DNA of 64,000 nucleotides from a bacterium (GTDB lineage Bacteria; Bacillota_I; Bacilli_A; RFN20; CAG-826): NCBI GenBank assembly GCA_963616935.1, contig CAVEMS010000001.1, positions 33,273 to 97,272 of the forward strand, read 5' to 3'. Shown piece by piece: positions 9,473 to 18,617 of this stretch (position 1 is its first letter; each line of letters starts with the position of its first letter). The notes under the pieces were generated by a model. It saw only the letters and a program-made list of their open reading frames with translations, ran no database searches and was not told where the DNA came from. The position numbers and the translations under genes were made by a program.

Positions 9473-9907
9473 ATGAAAAACGAACTTATGAATTACGCGT
9501 ATGACGATGGCTTCTTCTCGCCATTATTCGACTTCATCGCACCAGAAGAATATAGGGGCTCAAAGTATAGTAGGGGCCTAGCGATGAAGACGGACATCAA
9601 GAGTGACGAAAGTAACTACATCATGGATATCGAGCTTCCTGGTATCAAAAAGGAAGACATCGACCTCTCCCTCAAAAATGGCTATTTGACGATTCGTGCA
9701 TCTTCGAAGCATGAAGATAAAGAAAAAGACAAAAAAGGCAACTATCTCCATCGTGAACGTTTCGAAGGGACGGCTAGTCGTAGTTATTATATCGGCGACG
9801 TGGATGAAAAATCGGTCGAAGCCAAATTCGAAAATGGCCTATTGACCTTGTCCTTCCCAAAAGAGAAGAAAGAGGCCGAAACGGATCATCGTATCGCCAT
9901 CAAGTAA
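9473..9907 (+). CDS. hsp20: Small heat-shock protein, Hsp20/alpha-crystallin family
   Basis: Alpha-crystallin domain (IMDIELPGIKKEDIDLSLKNGYLTIRAS...FENGLLTLSFPK). A GGAGG RBS lies upstream of the ATG at 9473. The ORF-track start at 9449 is a GTG inside the CIRCE element. Confidence 0.85.
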   Translation: MKNELMNYAYDDGFFSPLFDFIAPEEYRGSKYSRGLAMKTDIKSDESNYIMDIELPGIKKEDIDLSLKNGYLTIRASSKHEDKEKDKKGNYLHRERFEGTASRSYYIGDVDEKSVEAKFENGLLTLSFPKEKKEAETDHRIAIK

Positions 9908-9924
9908 TCCAAAGAGCGATTATG

Positions 9925-9959
9925 GGCCTGCCTGTTAGTGATAACATGCAGGCCTTTTT
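9925..9959 (+). terminator. Rho-independent terminator after hsp20
   Basis: A 13-bp imperfect stem GGCCTGCCTGTTA/TAACATGCAGGCC is followed by TTTTT. Confidence 0.6.
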
Positions 9960-9978
9960 CGTTTTAGGCGGCTCGCAT

Positions 9979-11172
9979 CTACTTTTTTAGGATTGGTATC
10001 ACCTCTAATTGGTGTCCGGCCATGTATATAGGTTTTCTGTTTTCAATCCGTACGTCGGTTTCGCTTCGCATGCCAAAGTCCTTTAAGTAGATGCCAGGCT
10101 CCAAAGAGAAAGTGACGCCGTCGATTATTTCCCTGGTGTCATGCGATTCGAGATCGTCGATATTGACGCCGGGGCCATGAGGGGAGACGTCGACGGCGAT
10201 GTTATGGCCCGTTCGATGGATTATGCCGTCTCCATATCCGTCGTCGATTATCGACTGATGGACGATTCTATCGACTTCATATCCTTCGACTCTTCTTTTC
10301 GGAAGCTCGTTTTCCAAGAAAGCGAAGCCTTTTTCTATTGCCTTACGCAAAATGAGGAACCGTTTTTCGACTTCTTCCGGGACCCTCTCTCCGACATAGC
10401 CCATCCAAGTGATATCCGCATAAACGGCATCTTTGTCATTCATCTTCGCCCACATGTCTATCAAGACGACATCGCCACGTCTAATGGGAGATGAGATGCT
10501 TTTATTTGGTCCATAATGCGGGTCGCTTGCATTGGCGTTTACGGCGACGATCGGTTCGTCGTCATAAACCATCCCTTCTTCATGGAATCTCTTGGCTATG
10601 AATTGTTGGATTTCGTATTCGTCTGACTCGCCCTTAGAGAGAATGTCATCTCTTATTTTCCTAAAGGCCTCATCTTTGATCATAAGAGCTTTTTGACAGG
10701 CTTCTTTTTGGAGGGAGAGAGATTTATCGCCATATAAAGCGGTGAAACGTTGAAGCAAGTCGGCGCTGGATCTCACTTCTATGCCAAGCGATTTGACAAA
10801 CATCACGGAGCCATAATCCGCCAAAGAGACACGGGGCAATAAACCGAACTCGGAGATGTCCATTAGTAGAATCTGTGCGTCTTTCAATAGGTTTTTTTCG
10901 ATTTCTAGCATCTCTTGCCAAGATAAATAAACATGCAAATCGAAGTTCTTTTTCGTTTCTTCGTCCTTAAGGAAGGCGGTGTCGATTTTATGACAGATGA
11001 TCTTTGGCTTTCCGTCTTTCGGGAAATAAAGGAAGATTTTTCTCGTGAGCATCTTCTCGCCCAAAAACGACACAAGCGTTTTGTTCTTGTTTTCGTAATC
11101 GACTATTAGCCAGCCGTTGGCTCCTTCCCTTTCTATTTCATTTTGAATGGATTGCAAATCGAACATTTTCAT
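9979..11172 (-). CDS. M24-family Xaa-Pro aminopeptidase/dipeptidase
   Basis: C-terminal pita-bread fold motifs (HRTGHNIAVDVSPHGP, FSLEPGIY, DVRIEN) and an N-terminal creatinase-like region. Confidence 0.75.
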   Translation of the reverse strand: MKMFDLQSIQNEIEREGANGWLIVDYENKNKTLVSFLGEKMLTRKIFLYFPKDGKPKIICHKIDTAFLKDEETKKNFDLHVYLSWQEMLEIEKNLLKDAQILLMDISEFGLLPRVSLADYGSVMFVKSLGIEVRSSADLLQRFTALYGDKSLSLQKEACQKALMIKDEAFRKIRDDILSKGESDEYEIQQFIAKRFHEEGMVYDDEPIVAVNANASDPHYGPNKSISSPIRRGDVVLIDMWAKMNDKDAVYADITWMGYVGERVPEEVEKRFLILRKAIEKGFAFLENELPKRRVEGYEVDRIVHQSIIDDGYGDGIIHRTGHNIAVDVSPHGPGVNIDDLESHDTREIIDGVTFSLEPGIYLKDFGMRSETDVRIENRKPIYMAGHQLEVIPILKK

Positions 11173-11220
11173 CCCTCCGTTGTTGTAGGCGAAACGACAA
11201 ACAATATAATAAAGCCAATT

Positions 11221-12999
11221 ATGGAAAACATCGAAACAGTTTATGGGGAGAATGTGGATTTAAAGAACCCTCTTCCTGAGCATCCCAATCCTTATTTTGA
11301 GCGTGAGTCTTTTTTGAACTTAAATGGGCCTTGGAGCTTTAACTTATCCCAAGAGCCTTCTTTGGGTGTCATATATGAACGAGAGATAACTGTCCCTTTT
11401 AGCGTCGAGACGAGGCTTAGCGGCATCAGTACGAAAGTCTCCGCATCGGACTATATGCATTATAAGAAAGTGGTGGAGGTGCCTAGCGATAAAAGGGATT
11501 CTGTCGCCCATTTGGTTTTTATAGCGATTGATCAGCGCGCGGAGATATATATCGATGGCGAGAAGCTTGGGGAAAACGACTTCGGCTATATCCCATTTGA
11601 GCTATATTTCCCGATAAACGGAAGAGAAAAGATAACGATTGAGGTGCTCGCTCATGACGATACCGATAGCCCTTTCTACGCAAGAGGGAAACAAAGCAAT
11701 AATCCGGGCGGGGTTTGGTATCATCCGACCTCTGGCATCTGGGGGAGCGTTTATTTGGAATTATTGCCAGCGAAAGGATATATCGAACATATCGGCGTAT
11801 CCGCCGATTACGAGACGAAGACGGTGAGTTTTTCTACCAAAACGAAAGGAGAAAAGCTCAAAACGAAAATCGATGTTTTCTTTGATGGGAAGAAGATCAA
11901 GGAAATCGAGTTCGTTGATACTCAAGATATAGAGATCGACTTGAGCGATTCTTTCTATCCATGGAACGCCGAAAATCCGAATTTATATCATTACGAGGTG
12001 CATTATGGGGAAGACCTGGTCAAAGGGGTTTTCGCCTTCAGGAAAATCGAAAGAAAGAGGATAGAAGATATCCAAATGATATTCGTAAACGACGAGCCGA
12101 CATTCCTAAGCGCCTTGCTCGATCAGGGATATTATCCAGAAAGCGGACTTACGCCGCCTTCCGTCGAAGCGATGGAAAACGACATAAAGACTGCTAAAAA
12201 GATGGGTTTTAACACCCTTAGGAAGCATATCAAAATCGAGCCGATGCGCTGGTATTATCTATGTGATTCCTTGGGGATGTACGTAATTCAAGATTTCGTC
12301 AGCGGTGGCTCCAAATATTCCGCCCCTTGGATCGGGGCGATCCCTTTTTGCTTCCATTTCGCCAAGATAAACGACAGCCATCCAAAGAGGTTAGGCAGGC
12401 ATTTAAAGGAATCGAGGGACCATTTCGAAGAGGAGATGTCTAGGACATATGAACATCTAAAAAACGTGTCATCGATCATCGCTTGGACCCTCTTTAATGA
12501 GGGATGGGGACAATTCGAGACGGTTAGACTAACCGAAAAGCTTCGTTCTTGGAACGACGGCAGGCTGATAGACTCTTCTTCCGGCTGGTACGATAAGAAA
12601 GTCGGGGACTTCTCTTCCTATCACATCTATTGGAAACCACTTAAGATGAAAAAAGACGAAAACAGGATTCTTTCTCTTTCGGAATTCGGCGGATATGCGA
12701 TGCCCGTCAAAGACCACATTGCCACCGATAAGCAATTCGGATATGGGAGATACCATAAGAGCGAGGAAGAACTCAGTTCGGTAATCGGGCGCGCTTACGA
12801 AGCGGTTAGAAGACTCATCAAAGAGAAAGGACTCGGAGTTTCCGTCTATACCCAATTAACCGATGTCGAAGGCGAAATAAACGGTTTATTGACTTATGAC
12901 CGCAAAATCCTAAAAGGGAACATCGAGGCGTTAACGAAGATAAATGAATCGCTATATGAGGAGTATCGCGATTTATACAAGAAACTTTCCGATAAATAG
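11221..12999 (+). CDS. Glycoside hydrolase family 2 protein (beta-glucuronidase/beta-galactosidase-like)
   Basis: GH2 sugar-binding and TIM-barrel regions with the catalytic NE motif (WTLFNEGWGQFE). The ATG at 11221 is chosen as the start because the ORF-track start at 11143 would overlap the convergent pepP-like gene. Confidence 0.6.
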   Translation: MENIETVYGENVDLKNPLPEHPNPYFERESFLNLNGPWSFNLSQEPSLGVIYEREITVPFSVETRLSGISTKVSASDYMHYKKVVEVPSDKRDSVAHLVFIAIDQRAEIYIDGEKLGENDFGYIPFELYFPINGREKITIEVLAHDDTDSPFYARGKQSNNPGGVWYHPTSGIWGSVYLELLPAKGYIEHIGVSADYETKTVSFSTKTKGEKLKTKIDVFFDGKKIKEIEFVDTQDIEIDLSDSFYPWNAENPNLYHYEVHYGEDLVKGVFAFRKIERKRIEDIQMIFVNDEPTFLSALLDQGYYPESGLTPPSVEAMENDIKTAKKMGFNTLRKHIKIEPMRWYYLCDSLGMYVIQDFVSGGSKYSAPWIGAIPFCFHFAKINDSHPKRLGRHLKESRDHFEEEMSRTYEHLKNVSSIIAWTLFNEGWGQFETVRLTEKLRSWNDGRLIDSSSGWYDKKVGDFSSYHIYWKPLKMKKDENRILSLSEFGGYAMPVKDHIATDKQFGYGRYHKSEEELSSVIGRAYEAVRRLIKEKGLGVSVYTQLTDVEGEINGLLTYDRKILKGNIEALTKINESLYEEYRDLYKKLSDK

Positions 13000-13077
13000 C
13001 GAAGTTTTGGAATTCTTTATCGTTTATCCGACTAGTGAATCTTATTTTTCCAAGCGACTTTATGTATAATTTCGCCT

Positions 13078-13857
13078 ATGGTTAAAGCGGCTTTCTTCGA
13101 TATCGATAACACAATCTACGATCATAAGAACAAAAGATGGGATTCTGAAAGCCTTGAGGCGATAAAGGAACTAAAGAAAAAAGGCATCAAGGTGTTTTTG
13201 TCGACTGCTAGGCCTTATGCGTCCTTCGTTCCCTTTGGCGCTTTGGACTTAGGAATCGAATGGGATGGGTACGTCGCTAGTTCTGGTGGGATTGCCGTCG
13301 TTGGAGAAGAGACGGTCTTCAAAACAACGGTTAGGAAAGAAGACGTTGAGAAGTTTAAAGAACTTTGTCATTACCATCATCAGACGATGGAGTTCGTCGG
13401 TGAGAAGGAAAGAAAACTATTCGCGTCACTGACGAAGAACGCGAAAACGTATTATTACGGCATATTTCATGACACGATCCCCGAAGTCGATAAGGATTTC
13501 TCAGACGATTGCATAGCCTTGATGCTATTCATCGATAAGAAATACGATCGTCGTTTCGAAAGGCTTTTCCCGCATCTTTGCTTCTATAGATTTTTCGACA
13601 CAGCGGTCGATGTATACGAGGTTCCGCACAAAAAAGGAGACGGAATTGCGGCGATTTTGCGATATTTCAATATTGGAAAAGATGAAGCGATTGCCTTTGG
13701 AGATGGGATTCAGGACATTTCAATGGCGAGCGAAGTCGGGCATTTCGTCGCTATGGGGAACGCTCAAGAGCAAGTCAAAAAAGCGGCCTCTTTCGTGACT
13801 CTTCCAGTTTGGGAAAGCGGAGTCAAAGAAGGGTTAGTTAAATTGGGATTAATTTAA
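13078..13857 (+). CDS. Cof-type HAD-IIB family hydrolase (sugar phosphatase-like)
   Basis: The N-terminal FFDIDNTI (DxDxT) motif and C-terminal GDGIQDISMASEVGHFVAMGNA region are typical of Cof-like phosphatases. Confidence 0.75.
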   Translation: MVKAAFFDIDNTIYDHKNKRWDSESLEAIKELKKKGIKVFLSTARPYASFVPFGALDLGIEWDGYVASSGGIAVVGEETVFKTTVRKEDVEKFKELCHYHHQTMEFVGEKERKLFASLTKNAKTYYYGIFHDTIPEVDKDFSDDCIALMLFIDKKYDRRFERLFPHLCFYRFFDTAVDVYEVPHKKGDGIAAILRYFNIGKDEAIAFGDGIQDISMASEVGHFVAMGNAQEQVKKAASFVTLPVWESGVKEGLVKLGLI

Positions 13858-13893
13858 TCCCACTTTCTAACCCTATATGCGATAATCTTGCCC

Positions 13894-16515
13894 ATGGGAA
13901 GAAGCGACCAAAAGAAAACTCCATATGTCGACGCCATTCGCAAATACGTAAAAGAAGACGTTTCGCCTTTCGATGTCCCAGGACATCATATGGGCAACAT
14001 CGACAATGCGGCGACCGATTTATTCGGGCGCGAGGTATATCGTTGCGATTTGAATGCGCCTCTTGGCATGGACACGTTGTCGCAGCCTGGCGGCGTCATC
14101 AAAGAAGCCACGGGCCTGTTGGCGGAAGCGTGCCACGCTGATCACGCCTTCTTTTTGATCAATGGCACCTCGAGTGGCATCATCGCCATGATTCTGACGG
14201 CCGTCAAAGCGGGCGAGAAGATTCTTTTGCCTCGCAACGTTCATAAATCGATAATCAATGCGATCGTTTTGTCTGGCGCCATTCCGGTATATGTGATGCC
14301 AGCCATCGATCAGGATTTGGAAATCGCCAACCAGCCATCGCTTGAGGATTGGAAGAAGGCGATAAACAAAAACCCCAGCGCAAAAGCGGTTTTCGTCATC
14401 AATCCGACCTATTTCGGCTCCGTCGGACCGCTTAAGCAGATAGTCGATTACGCCCATTCGAAGGGAATGGCCGTTCTTTGCGACGAAGCCCATGGTGCCC
14501 ATTATTATTTCCATCTTCCGAATCAGCCTCTTAGCGCGATGGATGCCGGCGCGGATATGTCGAGCGTCTCTTTCCATAAGACCGCCGGTTCTTTGACTCA
14601 AAGCAGCGTTTTGCTTATGCATACCGAAAGATTTTCGCCAGAAGACGTTCAGGTTTCGCTAAACATCATCAACACTACCTCGCCAAGCACGATATTGATG
14701 GCCTCAATCGATGCCGCAAGGGCCTATATGGCCTCGAATGAGGGCAAAAAGGCGATGGAAGAAACGTATCGTCTTAGCAAATACGCCAGAAACGAAATCA
14801 AGAAAATACCTGGTTTCCTAGATAAGGGGAAAAGGCATTTCTTGGCCAATGGCTCATATGATTACGACGAAAGCAAACTCGTTATCGGCATCGACAAATT
14901 GGATTTGGATGGTTTTGATCTATATCGTTTGCTCAAAGAGAAATACGAAATCCAGATGGAACTTGCCGAGACTTATGCGATTTTGGGCATATTGGCTATC
15001 GGAACGAAGAAGAAGCACATCGATCGTTTGATAGAAGCGCTCAAAGACATATCCAAGGAGCATTATCATCCGGAGCTTAAGTACGAGGACCATCATTTCG
15101 ACAATACCTTCCCATTCCAACTAGTACGTCCAAGGAGCGCTTTCCATGCGCCTGGCAAAATCCTTCCAATCAACGAATGCGTGGGTTATATATCGAAAGA
15201 GCAAGTGATGATGTATCCGCCTGGCATACCTTTGATCGCGCCAGGTGAGGTATGGAGCAAGGAACTAGTTGATAGGGTCGTCTTCTTCAAAAAGAGGCAA
15301 GAGAAGGGGATGAAGCTCCTTTCCTCCTACCCAAACGGCTTTCAAGTCATCGATAACGCCAAGTGGAAGAGATTCCCGACTTATGAGAAGAGGCTTCATG
15401 ATTATTGGAAGAGCAAGAAGACGCTTCCGGCGCTAGATGGATATACCTTGCCATTTGAAGGTGATAAGCATAGCGCGACCCTCATTCTTATGCCCTTTAG
15501 GAAAGACACCTGGAGAGATGGCGCCATTCCGGCCACTAAAGCGTATATCGACGTCATTAAAGCGGTATCCGCCCACGAAAAGGTCTATGTCGGAATCCAT
15601 CCTTCCATTTATCGCAAAATCGCACCTTTGTTCCAGGATATCCCGAATGTTTCGCTATTGTCGATCCGCTATAACGACGCTTGGGCGAGGGACAATATGC
15701 CTCTTTTCCTAACCAATGGGCATCAAATAAGGACCGTCGATTTCCGCTTCAACGCTTGGGGTGGAACGGTTGATGGGCTATATAGTAACTATCGCGACGA
15801 CGATAAACTTGGGCAAACGATCAGCAAACGGTTGAAATTATTGTCCTATTATCATCCTTCCTTCGTCTTGGAAGGGGGATCGATCGCTAGCGATGGCGAA
15901 GGGACGATCATCGCCACCGAGGCATGCCTTCTTTCGAAGGGAAGGAATCCCACTTTACGGAAAGAAGAAATCGAAGAGACGCTTCGAGAGTATTTAGGCG
16001 CTGAGAAGATCGTTTGGGTGCCGCACGGCATCTATCAAGACGAAACGAATGAGCATATCGATAATATGGTGGCCTATATTAAGCCAGATGAAGTGCTAAT
16101 GGCTTGGACGGATGACAAGAAGGATCCGCAACACCGATATTGCGTGGAGACCTATCGCGCTTTAGCGAAAGCCAAGGATGCGAAGGGGAGACCGTTTATC
16201 ATCCATAAGATGCCGTTACCGAATCCGCCATTGCATCTTAGCAAAGAAGAAACGATGGGGCTACGAGTCAGCAAATCGACTTTGGATAAACGGGTTGCCG
16301 GGAGGCGTTTGGCGGCTTCTTATATCAATTTCTATCAAGGAAATGATTTCGTGGTGATGCCTTCTTTCGGCGTCAAGGAAGACGCCCTTGCCAAAGCGAT
16401 GATGGAAGAACTTTTCCCGAATAAAGAGATCCATCAGATCGATAGCCTTGAAATATTGCTAGGCGGAGGCAATATCCATTGCATCACGATGCAGATACCG
16501 GAGGTCAAAAAATGA
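13894..16515 (+). CDS. Bifunctional fusion protein: N-terminal Orn/Lys/Arg decarboxylase-family arginine decarboxylase (SpeA-like) and C-terminal agmatine deiminase (AguA-like)
   Basis: The N-terminal roughly 500 aa carry the PLP-lysine region SFHKTAGSLTQSS and the FDVPGHHMG start typical of Orn/Lys/Arg decarboxylases. From about aa 510 onwards comes LPALDGYTLPFEGDKHSATLILMPF..., ending in GGNIHCITMQIP, the agmatine deiminase/PAD active-site Cys motif. The reading frame is continuous with no stop. Confidence 0.75.
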   Translation: MGRSDQKKTPYVDAIRKYVKEDVSPFDVPGHHMGNIDNAATDLFGREVYRCDLNAPLGMDTLSQPGGVIKEATGLLAEACHADHAFFLINGTSSGIIAMILTAVKAGEKILLPRNVHKSIINAIVLSGAIPVYVMPAIDQDLEIANQPSLEDWKKAINKNPSAKAVFVINPTYFGSVGPLKQIVDYAHSKGMAVLCDEAHGAHYYFHLPNQPLSAMDAGADMSSVSFHKTAGSLTQSSVLLMHTERFSPEDVQVSLNIINTTSPSTILMASIDAARAYMASNEGKKAMEETYRLSKYARNEIKKIPGFLDKGKRHFLANGSYDYDESKLVIGIDKLDLDGFDLYRLLKEKYEIQMELAETYAILGILAIGTKKKHIDRLIEALKDISKEHYHPELKYEDHHFDNTFPFQLVRPRSAFHAPGKILPINECVGYISKEQVMMYPPGIPLIAPGEVWSKELVDRVVFFKKRQEKGMKLLSSYPNGFQVIDNAKWKRFPTYEKRLHDYWKSKKTLPALDGYTLPFEGDKHSATLILMPFRKDTWRDGAIPATKAYIDVIKAVSAHEKVYVGIHPSIYRKIAPLFQDIPNVSLLSIRYNDAWARDNMPLFLTNGHQIRTVDFRFNAWGGTVDGLYSNYRDDDKLGQTISKRLKLLSYYHPSFVLEGGSIASDGEGTIIATEACLLSKGRNPTLRKEEIEETLREYLGAEKIVWVPHGIYQDETNEHIDNMVAYIKPDEVLMAWTDDKKDPQHRYCVETYRALAKAKDAKGRPFIIHKMPLPNPPLHLSKEETMGLRVSKSTLDKRVAGRRLAASYINFYQGNDFVVMPSFGVKEDALAKAMMEELFPNKEIHQIDSLEILLGGGNIHCITMQIPEVKK

Positions 16516-17378
16516 TCGTCAAAGTGGCAATAACGCAGTTTTCGATGTCTTCGGAGTATGAAGAAAACATCAAAAAAGCCAAAAATCTAGTGCAAAACGC
16601 GGCTAAAAATGGCGCGAACGTGGTTTTGCTTCCTGAGCTATTCGAAGGCAAATATTTTTGCCAGATCGAGGATTACGCCAATTTCGATTTGGCGGAAGAG
16701 GTGGCGGAATCGAAAACCATCAAAACCTTTCAAGAGGTTGCGAAAGAGAATAATGTCGTCTTGCCGATTTCCTTTTTCGAAAGAAGCGGCAACTCCTATT
16801 TCAATTCCATGGCGATGATCGATAGCGACGGCTCTTTGCTTGGCGTATATAGGAAGAGTCATATTCCAACCGGCGAATGCTATGAAGAAAAGTTCTATTT
16901 CACGCCCGGTGACACTGGCTTTAAGACATTCAAGACGCATTTTGGGATGATAGGGGTTGGCATCTGCTGGGATCAATGGTTCCCAGAAGCTGCCAGAATC
17001 ATGGCTTTACAAGGGGCCGAACTCCTTTTGTATCCGACGGCGATTGGGTCTGAGCCGGTGCTCCCAAAGGATAGCAAGCCTCATTGGCAAAACGTCATGA
17101 AGGGCCATGCGGCCGCCAATATGGTTCCGGTTTTGGCTTCTAACCGTGTTGGCATCGAAAAAGCGAAAAACAGCGAGATGAAGTTCTTTGGCTCTTCATT
17201 CATTTGCGATAACCATGGCGAAATGGTGACGGAGATGGATAGAGAAGAAGAAGGATATAGAGTTGCCTCATTCGATTTGGAAACACTAAAGAAAGAAAGA
17301 AGAGATTGGGGAGTCTATCGCGATCGAAGAATCGATTTATATGATCCGATTCTGACGACGGATGGAAAGAAAAACTAA
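16512..17378 (+). CDS. aguB: N-carbamoylputrescine amidase (CN-hydrolase family)
   Basis: Nitrilase-superfamily sequence (MIVKVAITQF...VVLLPELF...GICWDQWFPE). Its ATG overlaps the TGA of the upstream fusion gene (ATGA), indicating translational coupling. Confidence 0.75.
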   Translation: MIVKVAITQFSMSSEYEENIKKAKNLVQNAAKNGANVVLLPELFEGKYFCQIEDYANFDLAEEVAESKTIKTFQEVAKENNVVLPISFFERSGNSYFNSMAMIDSDGSLLGVYRKSHIPTGECYEEKFYFTPGDTGFKTFKTHFGMIGVGICWDQWFPEAARIMALQGAELLLYPTAIGSEPVLPKDSKPHWQNVMKGHAAANMVPVLASNRVGIEKAKNSEMKFFGSSFICDNHGEMVTEMDREEEGYRVASFDLETLKKERRDWGVYRDRRIDLYDPILTTDGKKN

Positions 17379-17638
17379 GCGCCGAATTGTCTTAAAAATG
17401 TGAAAATTTCAGCAAGACTTTTTTAAAAATCCACTAATTATCGAATTTTTGGAAAAACATATTCTTGAAGCAAAGCAGAAGAATAAAGGGCAACGAATTT
17501 TGTATCGTGTAGGCAGTATTTTCGCATGTAACAATTCGAAAAGTTTCTTCTTTTTCTGCGCTCGTTAAGTAAGCTATCGCTAACCGTTTTGGGGTTCCTT
17601 ACGACACGTTTAGGCATTAGAATATCGCAGTTCTTTTT

Positions 17639-18253
17639 ATGCTTTGGTTAAGTAACGCATTCATACTCGGATTCGCCTTGGCGATGGACTGTTTTGCGCT
17701 AAGCATCGCCGATGGTTTGGTCTTCGGAAACATCAAGAAGAGAAAATATTTCTTCATCGCCGGCGTTTTCGGCGTTTTCCAGGGGTTAATGCCATTAATT
17801 GGGTTCTTGCTTGGACAGATATTCGCCGAATGGATAGATAAGTACGATCACTGGATTGGCTTTGCATTGCTCGCCTTGATTGGCCTTAAGATGGTATACG
17901 ATGGCATCAAGGGGATCGTTAAACCGGAGGAAGAGAAACCGGAGACCTTCTCTTATCCGAAAGTGTTGTTACAAGGGGTGGCCGATAGCATCGACGCTTT
18001 AGCGGTCGGCATCGCCATGTATTCCAATCTCGGCCTCGAGCCTCAGAATGCGCAAGGATATGAAGTCTATATCGCTTTCTTCATCATATGTTTCATGTCT
18101 TTCGCCATATCGCTTGCCGGATTGTTCGGAGGCCGTTTCTTCAATCGTTTGTTGCATGGCAAAATCAGCATTTGCAATTTTATTGGCGGACTCATTTTGG
18201 TGCTTTTAGGCGTGTTCATTCTCTTAGAGGGACTTGGCATCGTTAATTTTTAG
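17639..18253 (+). CDS. mntP: Manganese efflux pump MntP
   Basis: N-terminal ...GFALAMDCFALSIADG... and a repeated half (ADSIDALAVGIAM) match MntP/DUF204 topology. Six predicted TM helices. Confidence 0.8.
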   Translation: MLWLSNAFILGFALAMDCFALSIADGLVFGNIKKRKYFFIAGVFGVFQGLMPLIGFLLGQIFAEWIDKYDHWIGFALLALIGLKMVYDGIKGIVKPEEEKPETFSYPKVLLQGVADSIDALAVGIAMYSNLGLEPQNAQGYEVYIAFFIICFMSFAISLAGLFGGRFFNRLLHGKISICNFIGGLILVLLGVFILLEGLGIVNF

Positions 18254-18409
18254 TGTTTCTCTAACGCCTTATTTATCGTTATTCGAAAAATCTACGGAAA
18301 AGTTGGTAGATAGGGTCTATTTGGAGTTGGAAAGCGCACGTAGATGCAACAATGCGTTTGTCCGTGATCGATATCTTTTATTGCGATTAATAAGAAGCAA
18401 AACGGTGCT

Positions 18410-18610
18410 CGTGGATCCCTCCAGCCTTGTTACATAATCGGAATTAGAAAGACGAAGACGGGCGAGGGGATGTTCGACTACCGCGTCAATCTGCTCGCGA
18501 CCAACAGGAGGTTAGAACGATGCTCATAGACCCATCCGATGGAGATCGTCCGTCCGTGGGATGAGGTATTCCCCGAGTACAAGAGGAGGATGGAGGGGAG
18601 GAAGATCCCC
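18410..18610. other. GC-rich intergenic element with end-to-end complementarity. Candidate structured ncRNA (extended imperfect hairpin, 6S-like), or a relic of foreign DNA.
   Basis: This roughly 200-nt stretch is clearly higher in GC than its surroundings. The 5' end GGATCCCTCC can pair with the 3' end GGAGG-AA-GATCC, and interior segments are partly complementary (CCTTGTTACATAATCGG versus CCGAGTACAAGAGGAGG). No convincing coding frame. It lies between the convergent mntP and HAD genes. Confidence 0.25.
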
Positions 18611-18617
18611 GAATCCA

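Noticed and set aside
9925-9978. Bidirectional terminator also serving the minus-strand M24 peptidase gene
   Set aside because: On the minus strand the A-run precedes rather than follows the hairpin, so only the plus-strand (hsp20) orientation has a proper U-tract.
11143-11220. Upstream ATG (11143) as start of the GH2 gene
   Set aside because: It would overlap the last 30 nt of the convergent M24 peptidase gene on the opposite strand. Conserved GH2 N-terminus begins near MENIETVYGENV (ATG 11221).
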